A stretch of DNA of 63,836 nucleotides, counting the filler, from Rhizaria sp. SCN 62-66 (lineage: Eukaryota): assembly GCA_001724265.1 (NCBI GenBank). It is 3 parts of 3 records of this genome, joined end to end, with 100 filler letters (N's around TTAATTAATTAA, not from the genome) between each part and the next. Parts side by side here need not be neighbours in the genome. Positions count along the whole stretch, not along the records: positions 31,020 to 53,150 come from MEDY01000440.1; 2 more parts are not named here. One strand, written 5' to 3'. The notes beneath the pieces are model-generated. The model was not told the DNA's origin. It ran no database searches and saw only the letters and a program-made list of their open reading frames with translations. The position numbers and the translations under genes were made by a program. Below, piece by piece: positions 31,458-43,911 of this stretch (the first letter of the stretch is position 1; each line of letters starts with the position of its first letter).

Positions 31458-34400
31458 ATGTCTAAACTCCAACGACCAATGCTCAAACGGGAGAAATTGG
31501 CGATCCTCAAGCTAAGCAAGGTCATTTCTCCTGTGACCTCTCTGTCACCTAGTATTGCCGCTCTTGAAGCGTTCGATCGTGTGCTTAGTGACACTGAAAG
31601 GGGTTACGATATCCCGGCGTTTCTTGTTAGCAGCAACTACGTTGTGCCTCTTGCGCGCCAGCTCGAGCTTTCTGTGGGAAGTGGTAATGAGGAATCTGCG
31701 CGCCGCCGTCTGATCATCAACATTTTTCGCGTCACATTCGGTTCGCACGTTTTTGACTCCGCCGTAGTGGGTCCCGCAGCTGTCTCTATTAGCACCATGC
31801 TAGCGAGCGTCAACCCGGCAACGCTTGAGTTAGATGGCCTGTCATTGCTCAACATCATAGTGTCGCATGTGGCGGACTCTGCGCATCCCACGGTCCTGGC
31901 TAACCTCGCAACCTTCGCTGCAGCTGTACGCACCTGTTCAGTCCCGCGGCCAGCCGTGTCTGAGTCACTCCTTGACGAGCCCAAGCCTATCTACCAAGCG
32001 TTTCTTGAGAAGTGCATGACAATCGCAGGCCGCCTGTGCAAGCACTCCACCACCGCGCTGCCGTTCTCCGGCGTCGCCGTGTACATCCCCGTGCTGCAAG
32101 ACGTCATCCAGCGCAAGGTTGACCGTCTGGCGCTGCCCAAAAATTAGCGGTCTGTTCCTTTGTCCCCGTTTGGTCGACCCTGGGGCCCCGTCGCGCGCTC
32201 GCAAGACCGCAACGCGGACGTCAACTCGGTCGACGGCACAGTCGTCGACAATAGCGCGCTGCTGCGCGGGGACATTCTGAACCTCGCGCGCTTTCTTGCC
32301 ATGAGCCGTGGCCACAGCAGCGCAGAGGTCCGCGCTCTGGCGCTGAGTCCCTTGTTCCGCGACTTTCTCCTGTCTCACAGCACGACCAGGCACGAGTACC
32401 TCGCCATCGTCGACGGTTGCGTGGGCGCGCTCACCGACGCCGAGCTCGCGCAGGTCTTCACCGAGGAGCGCACCGAGCAGTTCTGCAGCATCATCACGCG
32501 CATGTGCAGTGCCTACGTTGACGACGACGACCTTGCCGGCTTTGCGCGCATTATCACGCGCGTCGGCGCCTTGCGGCCCGAGCTCGTCGCGCAGCTCGTG
32601 TACCGCCACGTCCAGTCGCCCGCTCAGGTCCCGCTCCCGCCGCCGCCCCAAACCAACCAGATGATTTCGTCTGCGCCTATGCCAATGGCGTCCGCGCCTA
32701 CGCCGATGCCCACCAATCCAGACGAGCCAGTTTATCAGCTTTCCCGCCAAAGCAAAAGCATTCTGGGGTACTTCGGCAGCCTCCCCCGGTCCAACTATCT
32801 CGACTGCGAGACCGCAAAGCAAGCCTCAGACCACGTCTGTTTTTACAACTACACCATTTGCCTGCTCCCCAGCGCGCCGCTGCTGTTCGACGCACTGCTG
32901 TCGGCGGCCGCGGGCCGTGAGCGGGTGGCGACGGAACTGTATCGCGCCGACGTCTACGTCTACTGCATGGCCGTGCTTGCGCGCGCGCTCTGGCGGCCCT
33001 GCAGCGCGCCCGAACGCGCGGCCGAGCGCACCGGGTTTCTGGTCAGCGACGAGGCCATGGCCGCGCTGCTCCGTGTGGTGCGCACGCTGATCGAGGAGGC
33101 GAGTAAACTCGGCGCCAGCGCTTCACGTGTGGCTGCGAACGCGCAGACGCAGACCGCCACATCCACGGACAACAGCGCCAGTGCGGACGGCAATATTAAT
33201 AACAGCGACGGTGACACTAATAGCGGCAACGATAGTGACGATGACAAAGTACACAAGACGACTCCTGAGCGCCTCAAAATGGACTTCGCTTCGCCGCACG
33301 GCGAGTGCTTGTTGGATGCGATCCGCTACGCAACCGCGCACTTGACGGCGGACGCGCCCGCGGTGCAAGAGCTCGCACTGCTACGCGCCACAGTAGAGCG
33401 TCAGTATGGCATTGCGCCGGCGAGTGCGGAGACAGGTGATGACGCGGCGCAGAAGGCTACCGCAGAAGTGCGTGCGTTTGTCGAGAGCTCGAAGTGCAGG
33501 GGCGAAGAGGTGGCATTTAACAATTACATTTGTATCTTGACTGCAGGCAAGCCAGTGGCAGATAGCGCTGCTGCGCCGCAGCTGTCCGAGGCGGCTCTTG
33601 CCGTGCTGCAGACCAAGGCACGTGCTAGCGTCCGCCTGTGCGCAATGATAACAAATGTGTACGGCAAAGTCCTTGAAAACACCAACCACAAAAACTTAGT
33701 GATGAACATGCGACTCTACGACCAGATGAAGTCGTATTTAGAGTACAAAATGAGCATTACTGTTGATGACGCACAGTTTCCGGCACATGCCGCGCATTTC
33801 CGTCTTGCCGCACACTAGGGCACGCTTGCTCACCGTCTGCACATGTGCTTTGGTGGCGTTCAGGATGCGCCGTACGTCACGTTGCACAATCGCAGTATTG
33901 ACAACTGTGTTGCAGCGAAGCCCGAACTCCCCGCAACTGACTACGTTTATGACGAGTACGTAACGCCGGCTACGGGGGACGCAAAGACGCAAATGCACCC
34001 TGTCGGCACGGTGCTAATGTACCCACGCTATGCAGTGCCACCGCAGCGCAAGCCTGTTGCGGTATTGTATGTTGGTGCACCCGCAGTCAACGAGGGCACA
34101 TACGACACGCCGTGGTTCATCGTGTTCAAGCCGTGCCCGATGAGTCTGTTGCGCGGCGCGGTGCCCGTGGGGCGCGTGGTGTCGTGTACGCCGGGGTTTA
34201 TTGCACGTGCTGTGCGGAATGTAAAACCTGTCACTCCCAAGACCAACGAGAGTGCCACAACCACTCAGAAGAAGAGTGAGCCTGGGTGTGAGCCAAGCGC
34301 GGCAGGTGGCGCGTCGGGCCCGTTTCACAACGGCCTGCTTGAGTGGTTTGATCGCTTTTGCCGGATGAAGATGTGCAGTATGTTGAGCAAGTCCTCGATT

Positions 34401-34520
34401 ATTGCGCTTGCTGAACTTGACAGTCCGGAGAACAGGAAGGCGCGAGGAGACCTGGTGAAAGAAAACGATACGTCACTTGAGGACATCGCCCGGTTTGAAT
34501 TGTTTAGAGCACTCGGTTGA
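31458..34520 (+). CDS. Hypothetical protein (~1020 aa from ATG 31458) spanning two in-frame TAG codons (32145, 33816); possible upstream exon 31199-31257 via intron 31258-31381
   Basis: ORFs 31263-32147, 32160-33818 and 33843-34520 are all in one frame, separated only by single TAG codons. The frame ends at TGA where AT-rich DNA begins. Confidence 0.7.
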
Positions 34521-34977
34521 TCGCCCTTAGATTGTACATGTCTGAGTTAGATGCATGTCAATGTACAAGATGCAATACATGTGCTAGTTTGCATTAGTTT
34601 TTTTCGTGGCTCGCATCTTTAAGTGAATGTGAGTGGTTAAGCAGCCGTGACTGATTGACTGACACATTTTGTTATGGCGCGTAGGGGAAGCAAAGAGTGT
34701 GCATCTCTTCGACGCGAACAAAAAATCATGCTCGTCATTCATTGCGTCTGTTCCATAATACAACTTTCATTTCAGCTTAAGCTTAACAATAAGTACCATT
34801 CATTTTTGTTGTTGCAATTTTGGACGATCGCTTTTTGGAACGCCCTTTTTTTTTTTAGGGATGAGCAAAAATCTACAAGTATGATAAGTGACCCAGGATG
34901 AGATAATGACTATATGAGAAAGATAAACCGACTAAATATATGTATTAAATAATTTTGTTCGCTATATTTAAATTTAA

Positions 34978-37900
34978 TCATTCGCTATCGTCATCATCAT
35001 CGTCAAAAAGACTATTTAATGTTTTGTTGTTGCTGAGCAGAGTAAGCATCTTGAGTCCATGGATCCACACTGCCTCCGCACCACCAATACCACTGTGCTC
35101 ACAGTCGCTACGCGCACTAACGTTGTTGGAGGCTCTTGGTAATGCATTTGTCAGCTGACACTCATTCGGTGCCTGGTCGTTGCCACTTCGGTCCTGTTGT
35201 GAGACGCTAACATCGCAGGCAGGAACATTACAATCATTGCCACTTTCGCTGTCACTACTATCGCCATCGCTGTCCCAGGCGCTGCCCACGACCCTCGTCC
35301 CGGTCCCCGTCAGCACCACGGGCATCGCCACAGGGTCGAAGCGAGGGTGCAGAGCCACCGCGCCGGTTACGACGCCGGCGCATGGCCGTGAGCCGCAGTG
35401 CTGCGAGCGAGAGCAGCCGTCGTGAGCGTTGCTGTTTGCGTCTTTGTCGCGGCGATCATTCGGAACAAAGCAAAGCGGTGCTAACGAGGATAGTTTAGAC
35501 GCGTCATAACCACAATCACTGGACGAATTGCAGTGCCTTTCGCCTGTCACAGACGCACTTAGACTGTCGCACACGGGAGCATTGAGATTGGTGCTAGAGC
35601 CGAAATAGGCAGCGACCATGTCGCCGTGAGTACTGTAATTGTTGCTGTAGCTATCGTTGCTGTTGCTGTTCAAGTGGCTGTGTCCATGCTTGCCCTTCTT
35701 CCTCCCGTTGCTGCTGCTGTAGGCGCGTTGACTGAGCGCGCTCGCCTCCGAGGCCGTGTTCATCGCGGCGACATCACTCGGGCTGCTGTGTGCCGCAACA
35801 ACAGCGTCGACTCCGTCTAAGTCCCACACAAGCACGCCACCACTGCCGCCGACATCACGCGCCTGCACGCCGCTGCTAGCTGGCTGCGATTCCGACTGCG
35901 CGTCACTCGCCGTCTCCGCAGTCGCACCTCGGACGCCCGCGCTGACGCTGACGCCCGCGCTCGCGCCGGTTCCAGAGACGAGCCAGCGCCCGGTGGCGTC
36001 GACGTCGAACCCGATGCGCTGGCAGCCGTTGTGCTGCCGCGGCAGCGCGCACAGCGGTCGCCGCATCTGCCGCACGTCCCACACCTCGACCCCCTGCTGC
36101 TCACAGTTGCCCTGATCGTGACCGTGACCGTGCGTATTGCTGGTGCTCCCGCGGAGACCCGGGTAGCGGAACCCCGCGGCCAGCCGCCACGGGCCAGCCC
36201 ACTTGACCGCGGTCACGCCCCTAGCGCGCACTCGCGGGCCGACGCCGTGCCCGTCGCCACAGCCTACATCCGCACTCGCAGCGCCGTTCGCGCGCAGGCT
36301 GTTGGCGGCGCTGGCGGGCCGGTCGAAGCAGCGCAGCAGCGCGACGGCCGCGCCGACGCGGAGGTCGTACACACATACGGCGTCGCCCAGCGAGCCCGCC
36401 GCGAGCAGCACGCCGCCATCGCCGGGCCCCACGCCGCCGCCACCGGAATGAGAGTGCGGCGTGGAGCTGGAGAGGGCAAGCGCGGTGATGGCGCCGCGCT
36501 GGCCGCAGCGGCGGGAGCGCGGGGGCAGCGACGCGCGCGCCTTGCTGTCGGCGGAGTGGCCCTGGGCCGATTGGCTGTGCGAGGAGCGGGAAGGCCAGGC
36601 CGAGGGGTCGGAACTGAGAGAGGCGGGAGGCAAAGCCCATTCAACGACAATGTCACTATTTGTGGTGTTGTTGCTGTTGTTATCGTAGAATCCGCGCTTG
36701 AACTTGTTGTTGTTCTCGAGCTCGTTGTAGTAGTAATCTTCATCATCGTCACCATCACCCTCGTTACCCTCGTTGCGATTGCTGTTATTGCTGGCATAAC
36801 AACCACGTTTGCTCTTATAAAGCTCATCATCGTTATTGTTCTCGTCCTCTTCATCATCCTGGTCCTGCTCGTCTTGCGGCACCATGACGTTCCCGGGCGT
36901 GAGCGCGCGCTGCGCCCACACGCAGTCGCTGCTGCCACGGCCCGCGAAGACCGTGCGTGGCGGCCGCCACCCGGGCGCAACCCACCAGCGCCAGCACCGG
37001 TCCAGCGCGCCCGCCGAGCGGCACAGGTCGTGCAGCGTCAGCGCCCCGGGCAGCGTCAGCGTCTCGCTGGAGCTGTTACCAAGAGCGGCACTGGATGAGC
37101 TCACGTTTTCAGCAGCAGCAGAAGCGGTGTAGGCGCTCGCGTGCGGGTCCAGGTGCCCGTACTGGCCCCACCACAGCGCGAGCGCCCTCTGCGCCTCGTC
37201 GGCGCCCTGTGCGCAGTCGCGCTGCATGCGGCCCCACTGGCCCCAGCCCAGCGGCCACTGCGACGGCGCGTGGATCCCGAACGCCACCCCTGAAGTCAGG
37301 CCGCCCCCGGCCGTGGAGGAGGCGAGACTGGCCCCGACGCCGGCGCCGCAGCCGACGAGCGCGACGGCGCGCGCGCAGAGGCGCGCCCACGCCGACTCGG
37401 CCGACTCGGCGACACCGGTCACTTCGCGCGCCAGGGCACCCGCGGCGCGCACGGCGGCGCCGCTCTCGGTCAGCGTCGCCACTGTGGAGCCCGCGGCAGA
37501 CACAGCGCGGCCATGGTACGCGGACGAGTCGGCGTAGGTGGCGTGGCGCTGCGCGAGCTCTTGCGCTTGCAGCCACACTTTGTCGCGCAGCACGGTCTCC
37601 TGCAGCGTTTCCAGCACGACGACGGCGATCGCTTCCCCAGCACCGACAACAAGACGGCTGCCGTCGTGCGAGAAGGCGAGGGCGGACACTGGGGACTGCA
37701 GGTCGCCGCTGCCGCCGCCGGCGACGGCGTCGGAGATCACGTATCTACTCAGGAGAACAAAACAAAGAGCAAATATAGGATGAGTTCAGCTAGCGAGTGC
37801 ATGAGATTTGGCGATAGCGTATATCAACAAACAGATGGGTTAACTTAGATGGTAGCAGCACGTACGTCGCGCGCGGCGTGGCGGTGAAGGCGTCCCAAAG

Positions 37901-39364
37901 CGTGACCGGCGCCGCAGCGGCCGCGGTCGCCGTAGCAAGGAGGCAGCCCCAGTGCGGGGACTGAGAGGACATGAGCGGGTGGAAGGCCGCCGCCGAGACG
38001 CGGGCCGGGAAGCGGAGCGTGAGCGACAGCGACGCTGACGCCGACGCTGGCGCTGCACGGGCCACACTAGTGCTCGACGCTGATGCGGTCGCAGTGGCTG
38101 CAGAGGCTACGCTGTCGCTGGACGCGGCGGCGGGATTCGTGCCGTTCGCGTCGCCCAGTGCAAATCCGGGCGTGTTGTACACTCGGACGCAAAACGGACT
38201 GTGTGCCAGCGGGTGCGGCCCGCCGCGAAACCTGGAGCGCGCAGCGTCGCAGTCCGCGCTCCTTGTCGTCGTCGTTGTCGCCGTCGTCGTCGTGGCAGTG
38301 CCGTTTGCACTAAAGACGCGTGTTTTCGTGCTGCGCATCTTCTCGTCGGCCTCGTCATCGTCCGACATCTCAGCCTCCGCCTCAGCCACCGCCCACACGG
38401 CACCGCTCCGGCCAGAGCACGCAGCCACGCTTTCGCCGTCGATGTAAGCGCCCGCGGCGCTGACGCAGTGGTCCGCGGCAGTGACCGTGAGCACGCAAGA
38501 CGCGTCGGGCGCCCACGCCACGTCGCTGACGTACGGCGGCAGCGCTCGCGAGCTCGGCGGTGGCGGTCGACGCGATTGTGACGGTGACCGCGACTGTAGC
38601 TGCGACTGTGCGCACTTGGAGCTTTGGCTATTGCTGCTGTTTTGCGACTGTGAGCTGTTGCGGGGAACAAAGCGCCAGTCCAAGCGCGCGGGGGCAGCGG
38701 GGGCGCGCCACGGGGGCCGCGTGGCCTTAGAAGTCAGGCCGCGAGCAGAGGGGATCCGCCCCGCGACGCGCGTAGTTGCAACATTGTCGTAGTCTCTGTC
38801 TCTGTCGCTGTCTCTGTCGCTGTCGCCGTCGCCGTCGCTGAGGCGGTTGCCGCTTTGAGTTGCAGCAGTAGCGTCGTTAACATCAGTGTTGGTACTGCTG
38901 GTGTTACGCTCTTTGACGGCGCCGTGTTTTGCACTCAGATCCGTGACCACTGCCGACGACGTCTTCGCTTTCGTGCCAGAGTCAGATTCTGACTCGGTAT
39001 CTGAGGACGAGGAGGACGACGACGAAGAGGAGAACATCGTGCAGGGCACTCCGCCGGAGTTAGCCGGCCAGAAAACGCGCGAGCGCACCTGTGCGGGGAG
39101 CTGTGCATTCTCGCTGGCTCCATGTGATGACTCTGTGTGCGACTGCAACGCTGAGTTATGATATTCTTGGAGTGACTGTGCGTGCACTGCCCCTGCACCA
39201 GGGCGCTCAGGACCAATCAGCCCACAGCCGGCGCTCACGGGGAAGTTGTTGGGCACAGAAAGATCATCGCTGAATGAAGGATGGACCGGGATGTGCCAGA
39301 GCAGGGATGTCGGCAGAGCGCGGGGGGCCGCTGGCGCGTTCGCTGGAGAAGCGAGGGAGGCCAT
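34978..39364 (-). CDS. WRAP53: Telomerase Cajal body protein 1 (WRAP53/TCAB1/WDR79); exons 39364-37866 and 37744-34978; ~1421 aa
   Basis: Motifs WAPDASCVLT, HPLMSSQSP...PVTLWDAFT..PRATY, GQRGAITALA, WDVRQ..RPL..LPR...QRIGFDVDATGRWLVSG and VALHP...LTGTGTR match TCAB1. Intron 37745-37865 (GTACGT..TAG); TGA stop. Confidence 0.85.
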
Positions 39365-39755
39365 GGAAAGTGCTGGGTACGCCTCTTAGCGGCGACCTGG
39401 GTCTATAAAAAAACAGAAAAATAGTCCAAACACAAGGTTATTCCAGTTAATATGCATTATATATTGAGTTGTTGCGTTGATAATGATATACAAGTCATTT
39501 TGCTCGTTATGCTCACGGTCATGGAGGGCGCGATCGGCTGTGGTGGCGAGACGAGGAAACATGCCACATTTGTATTGCGTTTTGCTATGCAGAGATGCAA
39601 TTTAAGAAGGTGTTGCGTTTGCATAACTTTTGATCTCACATTTTATCTTTCTGAATATAATTATCTCCTCGATTGACGGACAGAGCTCCGAGAACAGTCA
39701 CGGTGCGTGGCGCCTTTTCCGAACACATTCTCGACTCGCCTGTCCTCGCACTTCG

Positions 39756-41984
39756 ATGTCGTCCCAGCCCCAGCCCTCGGCCCAGGCCTCCGCTGCCGCG
39801 GGCGCCGAGACCCTGGAGTTCACTGAGAGCCGTCTTGCCGCGCAGACCCTCCGCGACGCATTCATCTCTATGAACCTCATCGCCATCGCGCCCGCCGCGG
39901 CCGCGGCCCCCGCCCTCGACGCCAACGCCGCCGCCAACGCCGCTGCGGGCGCCGACGCCTGCGCCGCCCCCACCGCCCAGCCCGCCGCGGGCGAGGCCAA
40001 GAGCACCACCACTGCCGCCGACGACGTCGACGCCGACGCTGACGCCGACGCCGACACTACGGCCGCGGCCGCTTAGCCCGAACTGGAGCTGGTGTCCGTG
40101 CCTGCACCGGCGTCACTGGCCCTCATCCCGGGGCTGCGCTTGATGCCCGACACGGACAGCGACTTCGAGGACGACTACTCCGGCGATGAGGTCGAGGAGA
40201 ACGACAACGCAGACAAAGACGATGACGCGGACGACGACGAGGACGCGCCGGAGCCTGGGCTGTACACGACCGTCCAACTGGGCTACGCTGACCCGCCATC
40301 GCACGCGCTCGCGCTGCGCCGCGACTACTTCCCCTCGAAGCTGGGCGGCCGCCCCGCCTGGCTGAACCCCGCCGCGCTGCCCCCCGCCTCATCACTATGC
40401 TGCTCGGTCTGCGCGGCGCCGCTGGCGCTGCTGGCTCAGCTGTACGCGCCGCTGCCCGGCGACGCCGCGGCCTTCCACCGCGCGCTCTACCTCTTCGCGT
40501 GCCGCCGTGCGTCCTGCCTGGCCGCGGCGCCCACGGCGGCCGTGCGTGCATTCCGCTGCTCGCTGCCGCGTGAGAACCCCTTCTACGCGGCCTCGGCCCC
40601 CGTCCCGCCGCCCGCCTCGGCTCCGGCCGCCACCGTCGGCCGCGACAGCGCCGGCCGCGCCGTCAGCACCACCGCAAAGACGTCAGCTGCCGCTAGTACT
40701 GGCGCTGCTGCTGCTGCTGGTGCGACTGAGCTGCCGGCGCACCTGCCGGTGGACGTGCTACCCTTCGCGGGCTCCCCCACCTGCCCTGTCTGCGCCCTCC
40801 CCACCGCCCACGCCACCGCCACTGCCACCGCGGCGGTCACTGATGACGGTGAGCAGGGCGCGCTGTCGCCGGTGTCGCCGATTACGCCCTCGCTGACCGA
40901 GGCCACCGCGCCCATTGCCGTCGCCGCTGCCAATGCAAGCGCTGTTTCTACAGGCGACGCGTCGTACTGCTGCCCGGCGCACCGGGCTGTGGACGCTGCG
41001 GCCGCGGTGACGGGCAGCGCGATCACCACGGCCGCGTTCACCGCGCGCGCGCTGGCGCGCGAGCTGGCCGTGCTGCCCGCGTTCGAGGTCAACACCGAGG
41101 AGGAGTGTCTGCCGACGTACAAGCAGCAAGTCGCGCTGTCGACGGCCAAGGGACACCTCGCGGGGGCCAAGGCCGCCGAGCTCGCCTCCGCTGACAGCAA
41201 GGGCAAGAAGGATGGCGAGGCTAAGGGCGCGGGCGCTGCCAAGAACAGCGACAAGGTGGGCGCGAAGCTGAGCTCGATGGTGGGCGAGTACGAGGCCGCG
41301 CGCGCCAAGATGACTGAGGAGGAGCGTTTCGTGACGGACCGCGTGTTCCTCGACGAGGGCTCCACGAATCCCAAGCCCAGCAGCGGAAGCAAGGACGACA
41401 AGGACGGCAAGGAGGGCAAGATTACGGGCAAGGACAGCAAGCTGGACGCGGAGCTGGAGGCGTCGATCGCGGGCGAGATTAGCGCGCGCGACGCGCTGCT
41501 GCAGGCCAAGAAGGACCGCTCCGACGCCGTGCACGTGGCCTTCAGCGCCCGCGTCGAGTGCAACCCCGAGCAGTGTCTGCGCTATGTGCCACACCACAAG
41601 CGCGTTCAGGCGGTCCACACGGCCGAGATGACCGGCGCGAGCGGCACCACTTCCGCGCGGCCCGTGTGGGTGGGCAAGCGGCGCCGCGTCGCGCATGCGC
41701 CCGACTGCGAGCGCTGCGGCGGCGCGCGCGACGTCGAGTTCCAGGTCATGCCTCAGGTGCTCTACTTCCTCGAGACCGAGGCGCGCAAGACGCTCGAGCG
41801 CGCGCACAAGCACCGGGTCAAGATCCACAAGGACGCCGTCAACGGCGTGCTGCGCGAGGAGGACGCGCTTGACTTTGGCACAATCGTTGTCTACACGTGC
41901 AGGAACAACTGCACGGGTGCCGCCGCCGACGAGAAGATGGGCTACGTCCAGGAGTTTGCTTACGCACAGCCTCCGCAGACGTAA
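39756..41984 (+). CDS. PDCD2: PDCD2/TSR4-family protein (~742 aa) with an in-frame TAG at 40074-40076
   Basis: Motifs FPSKLGGRPAWL, C..C..PL.LL.QLYAPL, FHRALYLFAC, LPRENPFY, PEQCLRY, C..CG..R..EFQVMPQ.L, DFGTIVVYTC and QEF. The ORF from ATG 39756 continues in frame through the TAG. A later start downstream of the TAG cannot be excluded. TAA stop. Confidence 0.88.
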
Positions 41985-42306
41985 TCACTGCACAGGCCCG
42001 CACGGGCTTCATAGAAAATTGTGTGCGTTTCGCACATTAGTTTGGCTATGTACAGTTGTTTTTGTTTGAAGAAGGAAATCCTTTGCCGATGCCTCCATCT
42101 ACGAAGTCACTCATGCTGTTAATCGTGAATTCGCTATAATACACGCTCATTTCATGTCGAAAAATCAAATTTCGGTCACTTGTCAGTCTTACTCACAGTC
42201 ACTTGGGTCCGAGCGTGGTCACCGATTTATTTTTCAAGTTCCCGGAGAAGGTGGTGATGATTTGCTTGATGCGAAAACCCGGTGAAACCGTCGTTGAACA
42301 AACGAA

Positions 42307-43911
42307 ATGCTTCCGTTTATGCACGCATTTAGTTGGCGTCCCAACCACGGCGCAACTGAGCCTCGCGAAGCGGACCGTGATACCCACGAACGCGACGAAA
42401 ATGCACGCAGCGAAAACGGCCCTCGAGCCATCGGCCCCACTCTCGCTCATGATGGCACATCTGCGGCAAATGCGCCTCTGAAAAAGCCGCAGCTACCTGC
42501 TCCTGCCACTACTATCGCCAAGGTCGAGCGTCCCGTGACACCCAAGCCCAAGGAGAAGACGTTTTCCCTCTGGATCCCCGAAGAGGGCACGTTCCGAAAG
42601 ACCGTACGTTCCAAGCCTACCACTTGCCTATTCTTTCCTTGCCGCATTTTGCCTCACGTCTACCTTTGCACCACTTGAAATCCGCTGAGTATTTAACATC
42701 TTCTTCTTCTGTATTCCTTCGACTCAATTTCACTTTAAGTTGACGGCGCTTTCGGTCTTCGACTGGGAGCGTGACAAGACGCCCCTGCGCCGGTCCCTGT
42801 TCCGCCAAGCCCGCATCAACATCCCACCCGCGCGCCTGCCGCCCCAACTGCTCGCCACACCGACCATCGACGTCACTGCGGGGCTCGCCCCCGTTGTGTG
42901 GCACCGCACTGTAAACGCGATGATCTCGACGCAGAACTGCGACCCGCTCTTCACGCTCAGCGCCGCTATGGTGTTTTACCAGCGCCTGCTGCGCCGTGCG
43001 CTCGACCTTGCCGCGCCTACCAGCGCGCAGACGTTGCCGGACGTCGCGCTTCCGCTGGCCTCCCCGCCCACGGCGCCCGCCGCGCCCGTCGCGAGCGCAA
43101 ATCCCGCGGGCACAGGCCCCGGCGCCGGCTCTGGTCCCGGCGCGAACGCCAATAGCGTAAGTGCGGGGGCGCGCGCGTGGTCGCTGCAGTCGCCTGCGGT
43201 GGTGACGCAGCTCGTGCTCGAGCTGCCTGGAGGCACGGCGCCGCGGCTGGCGGCCGCGGCGGCGCACGGGCCCGGGAAGCTCACTGCGTACTTTCACTAC
43301 GAGGCTGGCGCCACGAGCGCGGTGCTCAACATGAACAGCGCGCACGTCGCCAGTAACGGCTTCTGCGCTGGCATCGTCCAGCTGCAGCAGCAACAACAGC
43401 AGGTGCAGGCGGCAATGACGGCCAGTGGCGCCGCGGGCGGCCTCGCGGGCGCCAAGGACGTCGACATTTGCATGCCGCGGCGCGTGTCGCTGCACAGCGC
43501 GGACGGACGCAACCTCATGTTTATGGCCGCGAGCATCATCGCCATGGTACGCCACAAGACTTTTGCTTGCACGTGAGAACATTTTACGCTCACTTACTTC
43601 TGTTACGTATTCAAGTTCTTTATAACATATTCTTCAAGTTCGCCGCACATCACACTTTCTCATTTCATGATAAATATTGTCACTTTTGCGATATTTTTGC
43701 GTCATTACAGAAGATGTACGACGACTTGCACCTGGCAAACCGGTACATGTCGCACTTCTATGACCTGCCGCTGGCGTCGGTCAACGCGTGCGAGGTGGCC
43801 GCGCTCAAGCTGCTGGGCTTCTCGCTCAAGCTCCCCACGGCCGAGCACCGGCTCATGCGCGCACAGCTTGTCAAGCACGTTGAGCTCGCCGCGCCGCTGC
43901 GCTACACGTAA
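42307..43911 (+). CDS. Pho80/P(U)-type cyclin; exons 42307-42603, 42740-43546, 43711-43911; ~434 aa
   Basis: The spliced cyclin-box C-half NLMFMAASIIAM|KMYDDLHLANRYMSHFYDLPLASVNACEVAALKLLGFSL resembles the P-type consensus (AKF.DD..Y.N..Y....G..L.ELN.LE..FL..I.F.L). Both introns are GTACGY..AG; TAA stop. Confidence 0.75.

Noticed and set aside
32118-32147. In-frame TAGs explained as 3' splice acceptors (e.g. a 30-nt GTTGAC..TAG intron here, or 16-nt GTACGC..TAG at 54118-54133)
   Set aside because: Real introns here are 120-280 nt with GTACGY donors and pyrimidine tracts. The DNA before the TAGs is coding-like and lacks these, and the 54118 and 33659 donors would shift the frame.
39756-41984. 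TAG-containing genes as pseudogenes
   Set aside because: No frameshifts and no TAA/TGA interruptions over many kb, and the PDCD2 motifs are intact. Only one codon type is ever involved.
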